A DNA stretch of 64,000 nt, taken from the sequence record PV204681; one strand, 5' to 3'. A program made the translations under genes and the position numbers. Shown here one piece after another: positions 12,675 to 24,700 of this stretch; position 1 is the first letter of the stretch, and every line of letters starts with the position of its first letter. The notes beneath the pieces were generated by a model. It saw only the letters and a list, made by a program, of their open reading frames with translations, was not told the DNA's origin and made no database searches. The stretch comes from Escherichia phage vB_EcoM_JQD51.

Positions 12675-12703
12675 GATACTCAAAAGGGAGACCGAAGTCT
12701 CCC
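12675..12703 (-). terminator. rho-independent terminator after gene 32
   Basis: Minus-strand GGGAGAC-UUCG-GUCUCCC then TTTTGAG. Confidence 0.6.
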
Positions 12704-12709
12704 AATTTA

Positions 12710-13609
12710 TTATAGACCAGCTAACAGGTCATCGAGGTCGCCATCGTCAGAAGACGAGGAACTCATGAAGTCATCTTCAGTTTTTGCAGAACTAAAGGCT
12801 TCCATGTCTTTATCAAAATCGTCGAGGTCAGAAGCAACTTTATCTGCAACAGAAGCTGCGGCAGCTGCTGCACCACCAAGAGCGGCAGTACCAAGAACTT
12901 GAGTAAATTTAGTATTCAATTCTTCAAACGATTTGAACTTATCTTTAGAAGTCATTTCAGAAAGGTCAACCATTTGTTCGAACAATTCTTTCTGGAAAGA
13001 TTCATCATCAATGTTTGGAATCGCAGATTGATTCAGGAATTTAGATTCGTCGTAGTTACTGAAACCAGAAACCTGTTTAACTTTCAGCACAAAGTTAGCA
13101 CCTTCCCATGGGCAAGTTACATCAACAGGAGTTTCACCCATTTCAGTATCGACTGCAATCATTGCATTGATTTTGTCCCAAATCTTTTTACCGAAACGAT
13201 ATTTGAATACTTTACCTTCATTATCTGGAGCTTGTGGGTCTTTAACAACCAGGATATTAGCCCAATAAGAAGTTTTACGTTTCAGTTGAGAATATTCTGT
13301 TTTGTTTGTATTGTACAGGTCATTTTTACTAATGTACTGACATACAGGACAAGAGTCGTAATCGCCGTGTGTAGATGAACAGGTTTCAATATACCATTTA
13401 CCATTTTTCTTGAACCCGTGGTTAACAAGAATTGCAAACGGAAGTGCGTCATCTGTTTTTGCCGGCAGGAAACGAATTACCGCTTGACCATTACCGGATG
13501 CATCGAGTTTCAGCTTCCATTCACCTTTATCTTCTGAAGAGAAACCTTTGTTACCATTCAGTTTAGCCATCTGAGCTGCAAGGTCTGCGGTACTTTTACG
13601 TTTAAACAT
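12710..13609 (-). CDS. 32: single-stranded DNA-binding protein gp32
   Basis: 299 aa; N-terminus [23 protein letters not shown]; Zn site C-x3-H-x5-C-x2-C ([16 protein letters not shown]); acidic C-terminal tail. Confidence 0.95.
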   Translation of the reverse strand: MFKRKSTADLAAQMAKLNGNKGFSSEDKGEWKLKLDASGNGQAVIRFLPAKTDDALPFAILVNHGFKKNGKWYIETCSSTHGDYDSCPVCQYISKNDLYNTNKTEYSQLKRKTSYWANILVVKDPQAPDNEGKVFKYRFGKKIWDKINAMIAVDTEMGETPVDVTCPWEGANFVLKVKQVSGFSNYDESKFLNQSAIPNIDDESFQKELFEQMVDLSEMTSKDKFKSFEELNTKFTQVLGTAALGGAAAAAASVADKVASDLDDFDKDMEAFSSAKTEDDFMSSSSSDDGDLDDLLAGL

Positions 13610-13680
13610 TTTATTTGCCTTTATTTAGATTAATTAAATTTTACAGTTGGTTGCTACGACACTTATACCTCGTAGCTGGT
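13610..13680 (-). promoter_or_regulatory. gene 32 5' leader: AU-rich candidate translational operator with upstream hairpin
   Basis: mRNA reads ...UUAAAUUAAUUAAUCUAAAUAAAGGCAAAUAAAAUG, preceded by inverted repeat gctacga/tcgtagc (13653..13676); T4 gp32 autoregulates on such a leader. Confidence 0.4.
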
Positions 13681-13686
13681 ATGATT

Positions 13687-13694
13687 TATTTATA
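13687..13694 (-). promoter_or_regulatory. candidate late promoter in gene 32 leader
   Basis: Plus strand reads tatttata (TATAAATA on minus) about 78 nt upstream of gene 32. Confidence 0.35.
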
Positions 13695-13722
13695 AAGTAA
13701 TTTAACACACAAGAAATAAAGC

Positions 13723-14376
13723 TTAATACTTACATGATTTGATTGTTTCTATGAACAATTTCTTAGCAGCATTTCCATCGATTTGAAGTATTTTTCGATA
13801 TGCCTTTAATCTGGTAGAATAATTTTGCCAGACTAAGTTATCGGTGAGTTCGTCGTGCTTATCTATAATATTCAAAAATGAGTCCAACAATAAGAAAGTC
13901 TCAAATGAAATTATATTGCTTTGTAGCAATTTGAATATGTAGCTCGACTGAACGTTGTTATTATAATCAAATATCTCTTGAAGCGCACTAACTTCAACTT
14001 TCTTACTGAAATAGTAGATGTTACGTACATCTTCAGCAAACGTCTCTTTAGCTTGTTTGAGACGTCCAATATATTCCCTATAGAAAACTAATGCATCAGC
14101 GTCTGATATCTCACCAATCCATGCGTCTTGGTTAGCAACTAAGTTGCTTATGAATATCAAGGTGAGTTCCTTCAATTTATATTTCTCTGATAGTTTTTCA
14201 AAGAAATATTTATCTCGGCGTTTTTGATACGCATTATCAGAAACACGCATGCACCAGTTATATTTGATTACGTCATACCGACCACCAAAATGGTTTTTGC
14301 ACATCAAGTATAGTTTATATACCGATTTTCCATTAATATAACGTTCTCCATCAGGAGGCATGCGTATTTTAATCAT
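13723..14376 (-). CDS. 59: gp59 helicase loader
   Basis: 217 aa; MIKIRMPPDGERYINGKSVYKLY... as remembered for T4 gp59. Confidence 0.9.
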   Translation of the reverse strand: MIKIRMPPDGERYINGKSVYKLYLMCKNHFGGRYDVIKYNWCMRVSDNAYQKRRDKYFFEKLSEKYKLKELTLIFISNLVANQDAWIGEISDADALVFYREYIGRLKQAKETFAEDVRNIYYFSKKVEVSALQEIFDYNNNVQSSYIFKLLQSNIISFETFLLLDSFLNIIDKHDELTDNLVWQNYSTRLKAYRKILQIDGNAAKKLFIETIKSCKY

Positions 14377-14711
14377 AATAAGAAATCTAACGTATTAGTT
14401 TTTTCGCCACGAGCAACTGATGGGCGAAGCATGTTTTCGTCAATTGCTTCGCTTGTAATTTTTTCAACAATTCCTGTAGGAATAAATTTAGCAAATTGTG
14501 TTTCTGGAATAGAATTTTCTTCCAAGAAAGCAGTTGTTGCTTCTAAATAAGACATACCAAATTGTTCAACCATGGATTCGATAATGAATCCGTTTTCTTG
14601 TCGGTCAAGCAATTTAGCGATATCATCTTTATCGTGTTTTACTGCTAATTCTTGTTCAGATAAACCGGCCTCATCAACCGGTTTAATATCACTTAGTGAA
14701 AACTGTGTCAT
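14373..14711 (-). CDS. 33: gp33 late-transcription co-activator
   Basis: 112 aa; conserved position between 59 and dsbA. Confidence 0.7.
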   Translation of the reverse strand: MTQFSLSDIKPVDEAGLSEQELAVKHDKDDIAKLLDRQENGFIIESMVEQFGMSYLEATTAFLEENSIPETQFAKFIPTGIVEKITSEAIDENMLRPSVARGEKTNTLDFLL

Positions 14712-14958
14712 AAAGCTCGACTACCTCTTCGTTTTCAGCTTCAAATTGGTCACGAGCGTCTTTATGATAAAGAGCTAACAAACGATTAAACATTTTTCCA
14801 TCGACGCCAAGCTCTTCTTTAGCACGAGTACGAATGTCTTTAATCAGTTCATTATAACCAGAAATTTTAAGTTTGTTATCAGAAGCTTCCTTGACTAGTT
14901 TAGCCAGTTCTTCACCATGCACATCTTGATTAAATTCAACTGCTTCTTTCTTAGCCAT
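14689..14958 (-). CDS. dsbA: DsbA dsDNA-binding late transcription enhancer
   Basis: Track ORF trimmed to MAKKEAVEF... (89 aa) with GAGGT SD. Confidence 0.7.
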   Translation of the reverse strand: MAKKEAVEFNQDVHGEELAKLVKEASDNKLKISGYNELIKDIRTRAKEELGVDGKMFNRLLALYHKDARDQFEAENEEVVELYDTVFTK

Positions 14959-14965
14959 GTTTACC

Positions 14966-15883
14966 TCAGAATTCATTAATTACACTTGTTAATTTAGAAA
15001 GACCAGATTTTACAAAGTATGAATAAATCTTGCCTTTAGGTTGTGGTTTATATGAGTTATAATACTCTATAATGGTTGAAGCAATATTATCAGGGATATA
15101 ATCAAAATCAATGAGAACCAAATTTTCTTGATACCGTTTATATTCTTCTGCACTTAATAATACTTCAGCTTGAGAACGGTCGTTAGCAATTGCTTCAATA
15201 ATTGAAGTTTTCATGCTCGGAGTTCGTTCACCATCAACTCTGGTAAACCAGAAGTCGCCACGAACTCGAACAGATGCAACCCCGTCTTTACGGTCACCTT
15301 TAAGAATTTTAGTCATGCAATCAATTTCAGCAGAACCGTTCTTAATTTTAACCCATTTTTTCTGTGGTGGTGACCACTGTTTAACGTTAGGATATTTGTG
15401 TAATTGTGTAAAGTCACCGTCTGATGCAACAATACATACCTTATGTCCAGCTAATGACAAATATTTAGTTAATACACCGATATGGTCATCCGCTTCATAT
15501 TTGTCAATATCCATTACAACGTATGGCATGTATTTCTTAATCTCATCAACAACTTGACGGAGCGCAGTAAAATATCCTTCCCAATCCCACTTTGAAGCTT
15601 CACGGTCGGTTTTACGATTTTTCTTGTAATAGTAAGCAAAGTCACGACGCCAATAACCTGAAGTAGCATTATCCATACACAATACAAATTTTGTATAGCC
15701 TTGCTTACGGAACATCACTACGTTTTTACGAATTGAATTCAAGATTACATGGCGAACCATCGGAACAGTAATTTTATCGCCGTCTTCAAAGTTGTTTAAT
15801 GCGGCTGCTAATGCAATGTTACTAAAGTCGGCAAGTGCAATACCTTCTTTGTAATCTTCATCCAACATCATTTCTAAATCCAT
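14966..15883 (-). CDS. rnh: RNase H (5'-3' exonuclease, FEN family)
   Basis: 305 aa; conserved position before gene 34; GAGG SD. Confidence 0.9.
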   Translation of the reverse strand: MDLEMMLDEDYKEGIALADFSNIALAAALNNFEDGDKITVPMVRHVILNSIRKNVVMFRKQGYTKFVLCMDNATSGYWRRDFAYYYKKNRKTDREASKWDWEGYFTALRQVVDEIKKYMPYVVMDIDKYEADDHIGVLTKYLSLAGHKVCIVASDGDFTQLHKYPNVKQWSPPQKKWVKIKNGSAEIDCMTKILKGDRKDGVASVRVRGDFWFTRVDGERTPSMKTSIIEAIANDRSQAEVLLSAEEYKRYQENLVLIDFDYIPDNIASTIIEYYNSYKPQPKGKIYSYFVKSGLSKLTSVINEF

Positions 15884-15915
15884 ATGAACCTCTTGTTCAG
15901 TTAGTCAACTTGACT

Positions 15916-15945
15916 ATAGTAACATACTCATTTGAAAGCGTAAAC
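15916..15945 (-). promoter_or_regulatory. early promoter for rnh, divergent from the gene 34 late promoter
   Basis: Plus strand atagta -N18- gtaaac. Confidence 0.45.
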
Positions 15946-15948
15946 TGG

Positions 15949-15956
15949 TATAAATA
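15949..15956 (+). promoter_or_regulatory. T4-type late promoter TATAAATA for gene 34
   Basis: Exact TATAAATA about 30 nt upstream of gene 34 ATG. Confidence 0.6.
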
Positions 15957-15986
15957 AGTATTATTGAAACAATAAAGGAAAAACGA

Positions 15987-18900
15987 ATGGCCGACATCAA
16001 ACGTAAGTTCAGAGCCGAAGACGGTCTGGACGCCGGTGGCGACAAGATTGTTAACGTAGCATTAGCCGACCGTACAGTAGGTACTGATGGCGTAAACGTT
16101 GACTTCCTGGTACAAGAAAACACCGTTCAAGTATATGATTCTACGCGTGGATATAACAAAGGATTTGTTGTTCTTTATGACAACCGTTTATATCAAGCAA
16201 TAAATGATATCGTGTCTCCTTCCGGGGCATTTAACCTTTTACAATGGCGTGCAGTTCGTACCGATGCACAATGGATAACTGTCGCTTCTGGGACTTATCA
16301 ACTTTCTTCAGGTGAATCGATTTCGGTTAACACTGGTGCCGGCAATGATATGGTTTTCACATTGCCAAATGCGCCGGTTGATGGTGATACTGTTGTTTTG
16401 GCTGATATTGGTGGAAGAACCGGGACAGTTAAAGTACAGATTAACGCGTCTGTGCAGAGTATTTTAAACTTTAGAGGTGAACAAGTTCGTTCAGTTTTAA
16501 TGACGCGACCACGTTCACAACTAGTGTTTGTGTTTAGTAATCGTTTGTGGCAGATGTATATCATTGATTACGGTAAAGAATCAATCACTGTTACACCTGC
16601 GGCACCATATCAAGCACAAGCAAATGATTTTATCGTTCGTCGTTTTACTAGTGCAGCACCAATCAACATTACACTTCCACGTAATGCTAACAATGGTGAT
16701 ATAATCAGCCTAGTCGATTTAGATAAATTAAACCCACTGTATCATACAATTGTTAAAACATTTGATGATACAACGTCTATTGGTGAAGTCGGGACTCATA
16801 TTGCCGAAGGCAGAAATGACTCTGACGCGTTTTTTGTTTTTGATGCTGCAAATAGTTTATGGCGTATATGGGAAGGCGACCAGAAATCGCGTCTTCGTAT
16901 TATCCGCGCGGATTCAAATATTCGTCCAAATGAAGAAGTTCTTATTTTTGGCACAAATAACGCTACAACCGGAACTATTAATCTTACGCTACCTACCGGA
17001 ATTTTGAGTGGTGACACTGTTAAAATTTCAATGAACTACATGCGTAAAGGCCAAACAGTAAAAATTAAAGCTGCCGAAGGTGATACAATTGCTTCTTCTG
17101 TTGCGTTGCTTCAGTTCCCTAAACGTTCTGAATATCCACCTGATGCTCAATGGGTCTCTGTTACTGAACTAGAATTCAATGGCACTACTTCATATGTTCC
17201 TGTATTAGAATTATCGTATATCGAAGACACTGATTCTGACACTCATTATTGGGTTGTGCAACAGAATGTCCCTACGGTAGAACGTGTTGATGCTGGATCT
17301 GATGCTACACGAGCTCGTTTAGGTGTTATTGCTCTTGCTACTCAAGCGCAAGCAAATGTTGATTTAGAGAATACTCCAGCTAAAGAAGTTGCTATTACTC
17401 CTGAAACGTTGGCAAATCGTACAGCAACTGAAGCTCGACGCGGTATCGCCAAAATTGCTACAACAGCGCAAGTTAACCAGAATTCCACAGCGTCATTTGT
17501 GGACGATACTATTGTTACGCCTAAAAAACTAAATGAGCGTACAGCAACTGAAACTCGTCGCGGTCTTGCTGAAATTGCTACTCAGGCTGAAACCGATGCT
17601 GGTCTTGATGACACAACGATTATTACGCCTAAGAAATTACAGGCACGTCAGGGTTCCGAAACACTATCGGGTATAGTTAAATATGTATCGACTACTTCAG
17701 CTATTCCTGCTGAAACTCGTGGTGCCGCAGGCACTAACGTTTATAATAAAACCGTAAATAATTTAACTATTTCTCCTAAAGCCCTTGACCAATATAAAGC
17801 AACGTATACTCAACAAGGTGCAGTAATTTTAGCTATTGATAGTGAAGTAATTGCTGGTCAATCTCAGTCTGGATACTCTCACGCTGTAGTAACTCCTGAA
17901 ACACTACATAAGAAAACTTCTACTGATGGACGTATTGGTTTAATTGAAATTGCTACGCAAGCAGAAACTAATGCTGGGACTGATTATACACGTGCAGTAA
18001 CGCCTAAGACGTTAAATGATAGGAAAGCTACGGAAGGATTATCCGGCATAGCCGAAATTGCTACGCAAGTTGAATTTGATACTGGAACTGATGATACTCG
18101 TATCTCGACTCCACTGAAAATTAAAACTCATTTTGATTCTTCTGACCGTACCAGTGTTAATTCTGATTCCGGACTTATTGAAGAAGGAACCTTGTGGAAC
18201 CATTATACTCTTGATATTTCTAAAGCAAATGAAACACAACGTGGTACACTTCGCGTAGCGACCCAGGCAGAATCTAATGCAGGAACTTTAGATGATGTTC
18301 TTATTACTCCTAAAAAGCTTTTAGGGACTAAGTCCACTGAAACGTCTGAAGGCGTAATTAAGGTTGCTACTCAGGCTGAAACTGTAACAGGAACTTCTGC
18401 TAATACTGCTGTATCTCCTAAGAATTTAAAATGGATTGTGCAGAGTGAACCAACATGGGCTGCTACTACGGTGATAAGAGGTTTTGTTAAAACTTCATCT
18501 GGTTCAATTACATTCGTTGGTAATGATACAGTCGGTTCTACACAGAACTTAGAGCTATACGAGAAAAATAGCTATGCAGTATCACCGTATGAATTAAACC
18601 GTGTATTAGCAAATTACTTGCCATTAAAAGCAAAAGCTGCTGACACGAATTTATTGGATGGTCTAGATTCATCTCAGTTCATTCGTAGGGACATTGCACA
18701 GACGGTTAATGGTTCACTAACCTTAACCCAACAAACTAATCTGAGTGCCCCTCTTGTATCATCTAGTACTGCTACGTTTGGTGGTTCAGTTTCGGCAAAT
18801 AGTACATTAACTATTTCTAATACTGGAACGGCAACTCGTCTTATTTTTGAGAAAGGACCTCAAACTGGAACTAACCCAGCACAGACTATGACTATCAGAG

Positions 18901-19862
18901 TTTGGGGAAATCAGTTTGGTGGCGGTTCAGATACAACACGTTCTACTGTATTTGAAGTTGGTGATGAAACATCTAATCACTTTTATTCTCAACGTAATAA
19001 AGCCGGGAATATAACGTTTAGCATTAACGGTACTGTGATGCCGATAAATGTTAACGCTTCGGGCTCTTTGAACACGAACGGCGTTGCAACATTTGGTAGT
19101 TCAGTTACTGCTAATGGTGAATTCATCAGCAAGTCAGCAAATGCTTTCAGAGCAATTAGTGGTGATTACGGATTCTTTATTCGTAATGATGGTGCTAATG
19201 TCTATTTTATGCTTACTGCATCGGGTGATCAGACTGGTGGTTTTAATGGATTACGTCCTTTAGCTATTAATAATACATCCGGTCAGGTTACAATTGGCGA
19301 AGGATTAATTATTGCTAAAGGTGCTACTATAAATTCAGGTGGTTTAACTGTTAACTCGAGAATTCGTTCTCAGGGCACTAAAACATCTGATTTATATACC
19401 CGTGCGCCAACATCTGATACGGTAGGATTCTGGTCAATTGACATTAATGATTCAGCTACTTATAACCAGTTCCCGGGTTATTTTAAAATGGTTGAAAAAA
19501 CTAATGAAGTGACTGGGCTTCCATACTTAGAACGTGGCGAAGAAGTTAAATCTCCTGGTACTTTGACTCAGTTTGGTAATACGCTTGATTCTCTTTACCA
19601 AGATTGGATTACTTATCCAACAACTCCAGAAGCACGTACAACTCGTTGGACACGCACATGGCAGAAAACTAAAAATTCTTGGTCAAGTTTTGTTCAGGTA
19701 TTTGATGGTGGAAACCCTCCTCAACCTTCTGATATTGGCGCTTTACCTTCTGATAATGCAACAATCGGAAACTTGACAATAAGAGATTTCTTAAGGATTG
19801 GTAACGTCCGCATTATTCCAGACCCTGTGAATAAATCTGTTAAATTCGAGTGGATTGAATAA
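15987..19862 (+). CDS. 34: long tail fibre proximal subunit gp34
   Basis: 1291 aa; internal repeats of ~20-aa motif (R/G)G(I/L)A(E/K)IATQAETxxG; late promoter and AAGGAA SD upstream. Confidence 0.95.
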   Translation: MADIKRKFRAEDGLDAGGDKIVNVALADRTVGTDGVNVDFLVQENTVQVYDSTRGYNKGFVVLYDNRLYQAINDIVSPSGAFNLLQWRAVRTDAQWITVASGTYQLSSGESISVNTGAGNDMVFTLPNAPVDGDTVVLADIGGRTGTVKVQINASVQSILNFRGEQVRSVLMTRPRSQLVFVFSNRLWQMYIIDYGKESITVTPAAPYQAQANDFIVRRFTSAAPINITLPRNANNGDIISLVDLDKLNPLYHTIVKTFDDTTSIGEVGTHIAEGRNDSDAFFVFDAANSLWRIWEGDQKSRLRIIRADSNIRPNEEVLIFGTNNATTGTINLTLPTGILSGDTVKISMNYMRKGQTVKIKAAEGDTIASSVALLQFPKRSEYPPDAQWVSVTELEFNGTTSYVPVLELSYIEDTDSDTHYWVVQQNVPTVERVDAGSDATRARLGVIALATQAQANVDLENTPAKEVAITPETLANRTATEARRGIAKIATTAQVNQNSTASFVDDTIVTPKKLNERTATETRRGLAEIATQAETDAGLDDTTIITPKKLQARQGSETLSGIVKYVSTTSAIPAETRGAAGTNVYNKTVNNLTISPKALDQYKATYTQQGAVILAIDSEVIAGQSQSGYSHAVVTPETLHKKTSTDGRIGLIEIATQAETNAGTDYTRAVTPKTLNDRKATEGLSGIAEIATQVEFDTGTDDTRISTPLKIKTHFDSSDRTSVNSDSGLIEEGTLWNHYTLDISKANETQRGTLRVATQAESNAGTLDDVLITPKKLLGTKSTETSEGVIKVATQAETVTGTSANTAVSPKNLKWIVQSEPTWAATTVIRGFVKTSSGSITFVGNDTVGSTQNLELYEKNSYAVSPYELNRVLANYLPLKAKAADTNLLDGLDSSQFIRRDIAQTVNGSLTLTQQTNLSAPLVSSSTATFGGSVSANSTLTISNTGTATRLIFEKGPQTGTNPAQTMTIRVWGNQFGGGSDTTRSTVFEVGDETSNHFYSQRNKAGNITFSINGTVMPINVNASGSLNTNGVATFGSSVTANGEFISKSANAFRAISGDYGFFIRNDGANVYFMLTASGDQTGGFNGLRPLAINNTSGQVTIGEGLIIAKGATINSGGLTVNSRIRSQGTKTSDLYTRAPTSDTVGFWSIDINDSATYNQFPGYFKMVEKTNEVTGLPYLERGEEVKSPGTLTQFGNTLDSLYQDWITYPTTPEARTTRWTRTWQKTKNSWSSFVQVFDGGNPPQPSDIGALPSDNATIGNLTIRDFLRIGNVRIIPDPVNKSVKFEWIE

Positions 19863-19870
19863 GAGGTATT

Positions 19871-20998
19871 ATGGAAAAATTTATGGCTAAGTTTGGACAA
19901 GGATACGTCCAAACGCCATTTTTATCGGAAAGCAATTCAGTACGATTTAAATTAAGCATAGCGGGCTCTTGCCCGCTATCAACATCTCCTGCTTATATTA
20001 AGTTCCAGGATAATCCACTTGGGTCCCAGGTTTTTTCTGTTGGATTAAACGTTCGTGTAATAAATCCTACAACAGGTGCAGTAGTTGAATCTAAGTCATA
20101 TAATTTCTCTACTGAAAACGACGCCACGTCAAGCGCATTCGTTACTTACATGGACACATACGCTTCTAATTTTATATTTGCTCTTGTTACTAACGCTAAA
20201 ACAAACTTTCCTCCTGAAGTTCTCGCATGGTTTACTAAAGCTGGAAGTTCTGTTATTCCATTAGCTCAACAAGTTTTAAATATAGTGGACATTTCTTATT
20301 CGGCATTTTATATTTCTGGTAAGAATGCTATAGCACTAGAACATATTAAGTATAGTAATAAGAAAACTTCAACCGACTATAGTACACCACTTGATGTTGT
20401 GTACGACACGATTAATGATATTGGTGCTACCGGCTTCCCTAGTCGTACGTACGAATCGTCAGACACATTTTTATCCGCTGTTGGAGGTACTAATAATGAA
20501 ATTAAAAGGATGCCTACAACGTCCCTTATTACACCTCTCGCTGGGTATAAATTGAAGGCTGGAGATTTCCTTTATATGAAATTCCAACTAATGGCCGATG
20601 CTGATTTGTTAGCACAAGGGACGACACGACTTTCTATTCGGTTCTTTAAATCTCCTTCTACTTCACCTATTTCATTTAAGGATATAAACTTTGATGGGGG
20701 TGCAGGTGAATGGAAGATATATGAAGACTACATAGAAATTCCTGCCGGTGCTGACGGGTTCACGATTTATTGTTATCGTACAGCTCCAGTCGGGCAAGGT
20801 GGATTAAGAAACGTTATATTCACTGAAGTATCATGTAATGGAAGCGTTTCAAAACCTGCCGAGTTTGGTATAAACGGTATTCGTGTAAATTATGTTTCAG
20901 AATCTTTAAGTGCCCCAGACATAATGACATTACCTACTCAATCTTCAACTGATACTGGTAAGGTATTTGGACAAGAATTTAAAGAAGCGTCAGAATAA
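19871..20998 (+). CDS. 35: long tail fibre hinge connector gp35
   Basis: 375 aa; follows gene 34. Confidence 0.85.
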   Translation: MEKFMAKFGQGYVQTPFLSESNSVRFKLSIAGSCPLSTSPAYIKFQDNPLGSQVFSVGLNVRVINPTTGAVVESKSYNFSTENDATSSAFVTYMDTYASNFIFALVTNAKTNFPPEVLAWFTKAGSSVIPLAQQVLNIVDISYSAFYISGKNAIALEHIKYSNKKTSTDYSTPLDVVYDTINDIGATGFPSRTYESSDTFLSAVGGTNNEIKRMPTTSLITPLAGYKLKAGDFLYMKFQLMADADLLAQGTTRLSIRFFKSPSTSPISFKDINFDGGAGEWKIYEDYIEIPAGADGFTIYCYRTAPVGQGGLRNVIFTEVSCNGSVSKPAEFGINGIRVNYVSESLSAPDIMTLPTQSSTDTGKVFGQEFKEASE

Positions 20999-21003
20999 AT
21001 TTA

Positions 21004-21027
21004 GGGAGCCTTCGGGCTCCCATTTTT
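21004..21027 (+). terminator. rho-independent terminator after gene 35
   Basis: GGGAGCC-UUCG-GGCUCCC hairpin followed by TTTTT. Confidence 0.65.
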
Positions 21028-21028
21028 G

Positions 21029-21036
21029 TATAAATA
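21029..21036 (+). promoter_or_regulatory. T4-type late promoter TATAAATA for gene 36
   Basis: Exact TATAAATA between the gene 35 terminator and gene 36 start. Confidence 0.6.
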
Positions 21037-21060
21037 TGGTATACATATAAGGAGACAACT

Positions 21061-21726
21061 ATGGCCGATTTAAAAGCTGGTAGTACAACTGGTGGTGCCG
21101 TTATATGGCATCAAGGTAATTTCCCTTTAATGCCAGCAGGTGATGACGTCCTGTATAAAACGTTTAAACTCTATTCAGAATATAATAAACCACAAGCTGC
21201 TGATAACGATTTCGTTTCTAAAGCTAATGGTGGTACGTATGCCGCTCGAGTAACATTTAATAATGGTGTGCAAATACCTTATGCCGTAAATAACACAAAT
21301 CAAAGTGGTATTTATCCTGGCAATGGCGATGCTGCTACTTTTGATACAGCAAATATTGATATTGTTTCATGGTATGGCATTGGTTTTAAATCATCACAAG
21401 GATCTGCAGGTAGAACTGTTGTTGTTAACACTCGTACTGGTGATATCAGCACTAAAGGTGGTATTTATGCAACTGGTCCTGTCCGTTCTAACGCTACTGC
21501 TCCGGTTGCAGCAAATGATCTCACAAGAAAAGATTATGTTGATGGACGAATAAATATTGTTACGGATAACGCAAATTCCCGTGTATTGCGTAAAGGCGAT
21601 ACCATGACTGGTACTTTAACAGCACCAAACTTTTTCTCACAGAATCCGGCGTCTGAGGCTAATCATGTTCCTCGTTTCGACCAGATTGTAATTAAAGATT
21701 CTGTTCAAGATTTCGGCTATTATTAA
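21061..21726 (+). CDS. 36: long tail fibre distal connector gp36
   Basis: 221 aa; late promoter TATAAATA and terminator of gene 35 upstream. Confidence 0.85.
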   Translation: MADLKAGSTTGGAVIWHQGNFPLMPAGDDVLYKTFKLYSEYNKPQAADNDFVSKANGGTYAARVTFNNGVQIPYAVNNTNQSGIYPGNGDAATFDTANIDIVSWYGIGFKSSQGSAGRTVVVNTRTGDISTKGGIYATGPVRSNATAPVAANDLTRKDYVDGRINIVTDNANSRVLRKGDTMTGTLTAPNFFSQNPASEANHVPRFDQIVIKDSVQDFGYY

Positions 21727-21734
21727 GAGGACTT

Positions 21735-24700
21735 ATGGCTACATTAAAACAGATACAATTTAAAAGAAGCAAAGTAGCAGGAGTTAATCCTACTGCAGCA
21801 CAATTAGCCGAAGGCGAATTAGCGATAAACTTAAAAGATCGAACTCTTTTTACTAAAGATGACCTCGGTAATATTATTAGCCTAGGCTTTGCTAAGGGCG
21901 GGGATATTAACGGTAATGTAACTCAAAATGGAGATTATTTACAGAACGGTACATATAATCTCAATGGAAACCAGTTTGTTTATGCAGGAAAATATATTGA
22001 ATTTTTACCTAAAACTGCAGGCAATGGTGCTTGGGCTAACCAACATTTGAATAAAGCCCCTATCTTTACAGATTTAAGTTCAACTACTTCTGTTTCAGAA
22101 TACCATCCGCTGATTAAACAACGCTATAAAGATGGAACTTTTTCTGCTGGTACATTAGTAAACGAAGGTAGTTTTAAATTCCATTATATTGATGAAACCG
22201 GGACTTCAAAATACTGGACTTTTAATCGAAACGGTAATTTTCAAGTTGATTCCGGAAGTTTATTAGTATCTAATGGATATTTAGTTACTCAAAGTAATAT
22301 TGAAACTAAAGCTGGTTCTTTAATTGGTCCTAAAGTTATTACCAAAAATATCAATGTGAGCACTAAATCTTGGGACACTAATATTGATACTGCATATGAT
22401 TTAGTTTCATTACCGACTTGGCAGTATACTCCAACCGAAACGGATTTGGATACTAATGGTATAAACTACCTTCGTAAATTCCGCGGACATGTTTCTTCTG
22501 CTATTTTCCATGAAGTTGCTGATGCTCGTTCAGGTAAACCACAGAATATTTCGTATTGGACGGGGCGTAATGCTGAAGTTTATCAATGGTCTTATACCAC
22601 AGATGGGCGTATGTCTGTTGCTAATTCGATAGGTATAGGTCTTGCTGATGTTGGTGACCAAGGACGTTATCCATTGGTTTCGTTTGGTAAAGGTATTGCA
22701 ATTGGTGACAATGATACTGGTATTAAATGGGTTCGTGACGGGGTTATCGATTTAGTTGCGAATGGTATTTCTGCCGGCACTATTCTTAATAACGGTATTA
22801 ACAGTACTAAAAAATTGATGGTTGGTTATAGTCGAGATTCTGGTTCTACTTGGGATTACCCAAATAACAACCAAGCAATGTTTACTGCGCGTACCGATGT
22901 TGATGGTAATAATAACGGTGACGGTCAGACTCATATCGGTTATAACAGTAATTCTAAAATGTATCACTATTTCCGTGGTACAGGTCGTATGGCTGTTGGT
23001 ATGTCCCAAGGTCTCCTTGTTGAACCAGGAATTTTAGATATTAGCACTGGTTCAAATACATTAAGTTTGCGTGCTGACGGTACTGTTGCTTCTGTTCAAA
23101 CGTTAAAGCTTAATAATGGATTATATTTTAATGGTGATGGAACTAATGCTTCTTTAGTTTTTAAAGCAGCTTCAGGTATTGATGGCACTAAGCAAATTAT
23201 GTGGGAAGGTGGTAAGCGTGCTGGTCAAAATAAAAGTTATGTGACAGCTAAAGCTTGGGGTAATTCATTTAACGCATCTGGCGATCGTAATCGTGAAACA
23301 GTTTTTGAAGTAGCTGACGGACAAGGTTATTATTTTTATGCGCAGCGTGTAGCTCCCGCTTCAGGATCTACTGTCGGACCAATTCAATTTAGAATTGCTG
23401 GAGCATTATTAACCGGTGGTGGTATTACATCATCCGGCTCGATTGTTACGGAATCAAGTTTAGTTGCTAATAATGGAATGTCAGTAAATGGACAAGCTAA
23501 ATTCGGTGGAACAGCTGATGCATTAAGAATTTGGAATGCCGAATATGGTGCTATTTTCCGTCGCTCAGAAGCAGCATTACATATTATCCCGACTCCTAAA
23601 GATGCTGGTGAAAGTGGTGGAATAAGTAATCTCCGCCCACTTAGTATTAGCCTTAATAATGGTATGGTGCAAATGCGTCATTCCGTCACGTTAGGTGATG
23701 ATGGGTTAGGCGGCAATATGGTTACTGTTGATAATGATAGTAAACTTGTTGTTGTTACTAGTAATAGTCGCATTTCTCCTAATTATAATATGCAATTAGG
23801 GCAAAACGCTTATATAGATATTCAGGCTTCTGACGGCGTTCGTCCAGCAGGGTGTGGTTCATTTGCATCTCAGAATGACGTAAACGTCAGAGCTCCGATT
23901 TATATGAATATAGAGCGTACTGCTACTTCTGAATATATTCCTATTGTTAAACAGCGTTATGTGCAAGGTGATAGCACTTATTCTATTGGGACATTAATTA
24001 ATCAAGGAGATTTCCGTGTCCATTATCACCAGGGTACTAGTACTACCGGCACCGATTTAAGCTGGGAATTCCGTCGTAATGGTGATTTCCGCGCTAGTGG
24101 TAAAATTATTGCTGGTGCTGCTACTCTTGGTCATGATGGTAATATCACTGGTGGTTCTGGTAATTTTGCTAACTTAAACAGTACAATTGAATCACTTAAA
24201 ACTGATATTGTTTCAAGTTATCCTATTGGAGCTCCGATTCCTTGGCCTACTGATACACCTCCTGAAGGTTATGCCATAATGGAAGGTCAAACATTTGATG
24301 CTGGCTTGTATCCTAAGTTAGCTGCTGTGTATCCTTCAGGCACTCTGCCTGATATGCGTGGACAAACTATCAAGGGTAAACCATCTGGGCGTGCTGTATT
24401 AAGTACAGAAGAAGACGGTGTTAAGTCACATAGCCATAGTGCAAGTGCATCAAGCACAGATTTAGGTACTAAGACCACTTCTAGTTTTGATTACGGTAGC
24501 AAAACGACTTCAAGCTTTGATTATGGTACTAAGACCAGTAATAATACTGGTGCTCATACGCATAGTTTGAGCGGTTCCACAAACACCGCCGGTGCGCACA
24601 GCCACACAAGCGCTCTTTATGCGGGAAGTAACAACTCTCCTGGTACTGGTTCTATAAGAGGATCCGCCGGTGGTGGTAATACGCTTGGAACTTCTTCTTC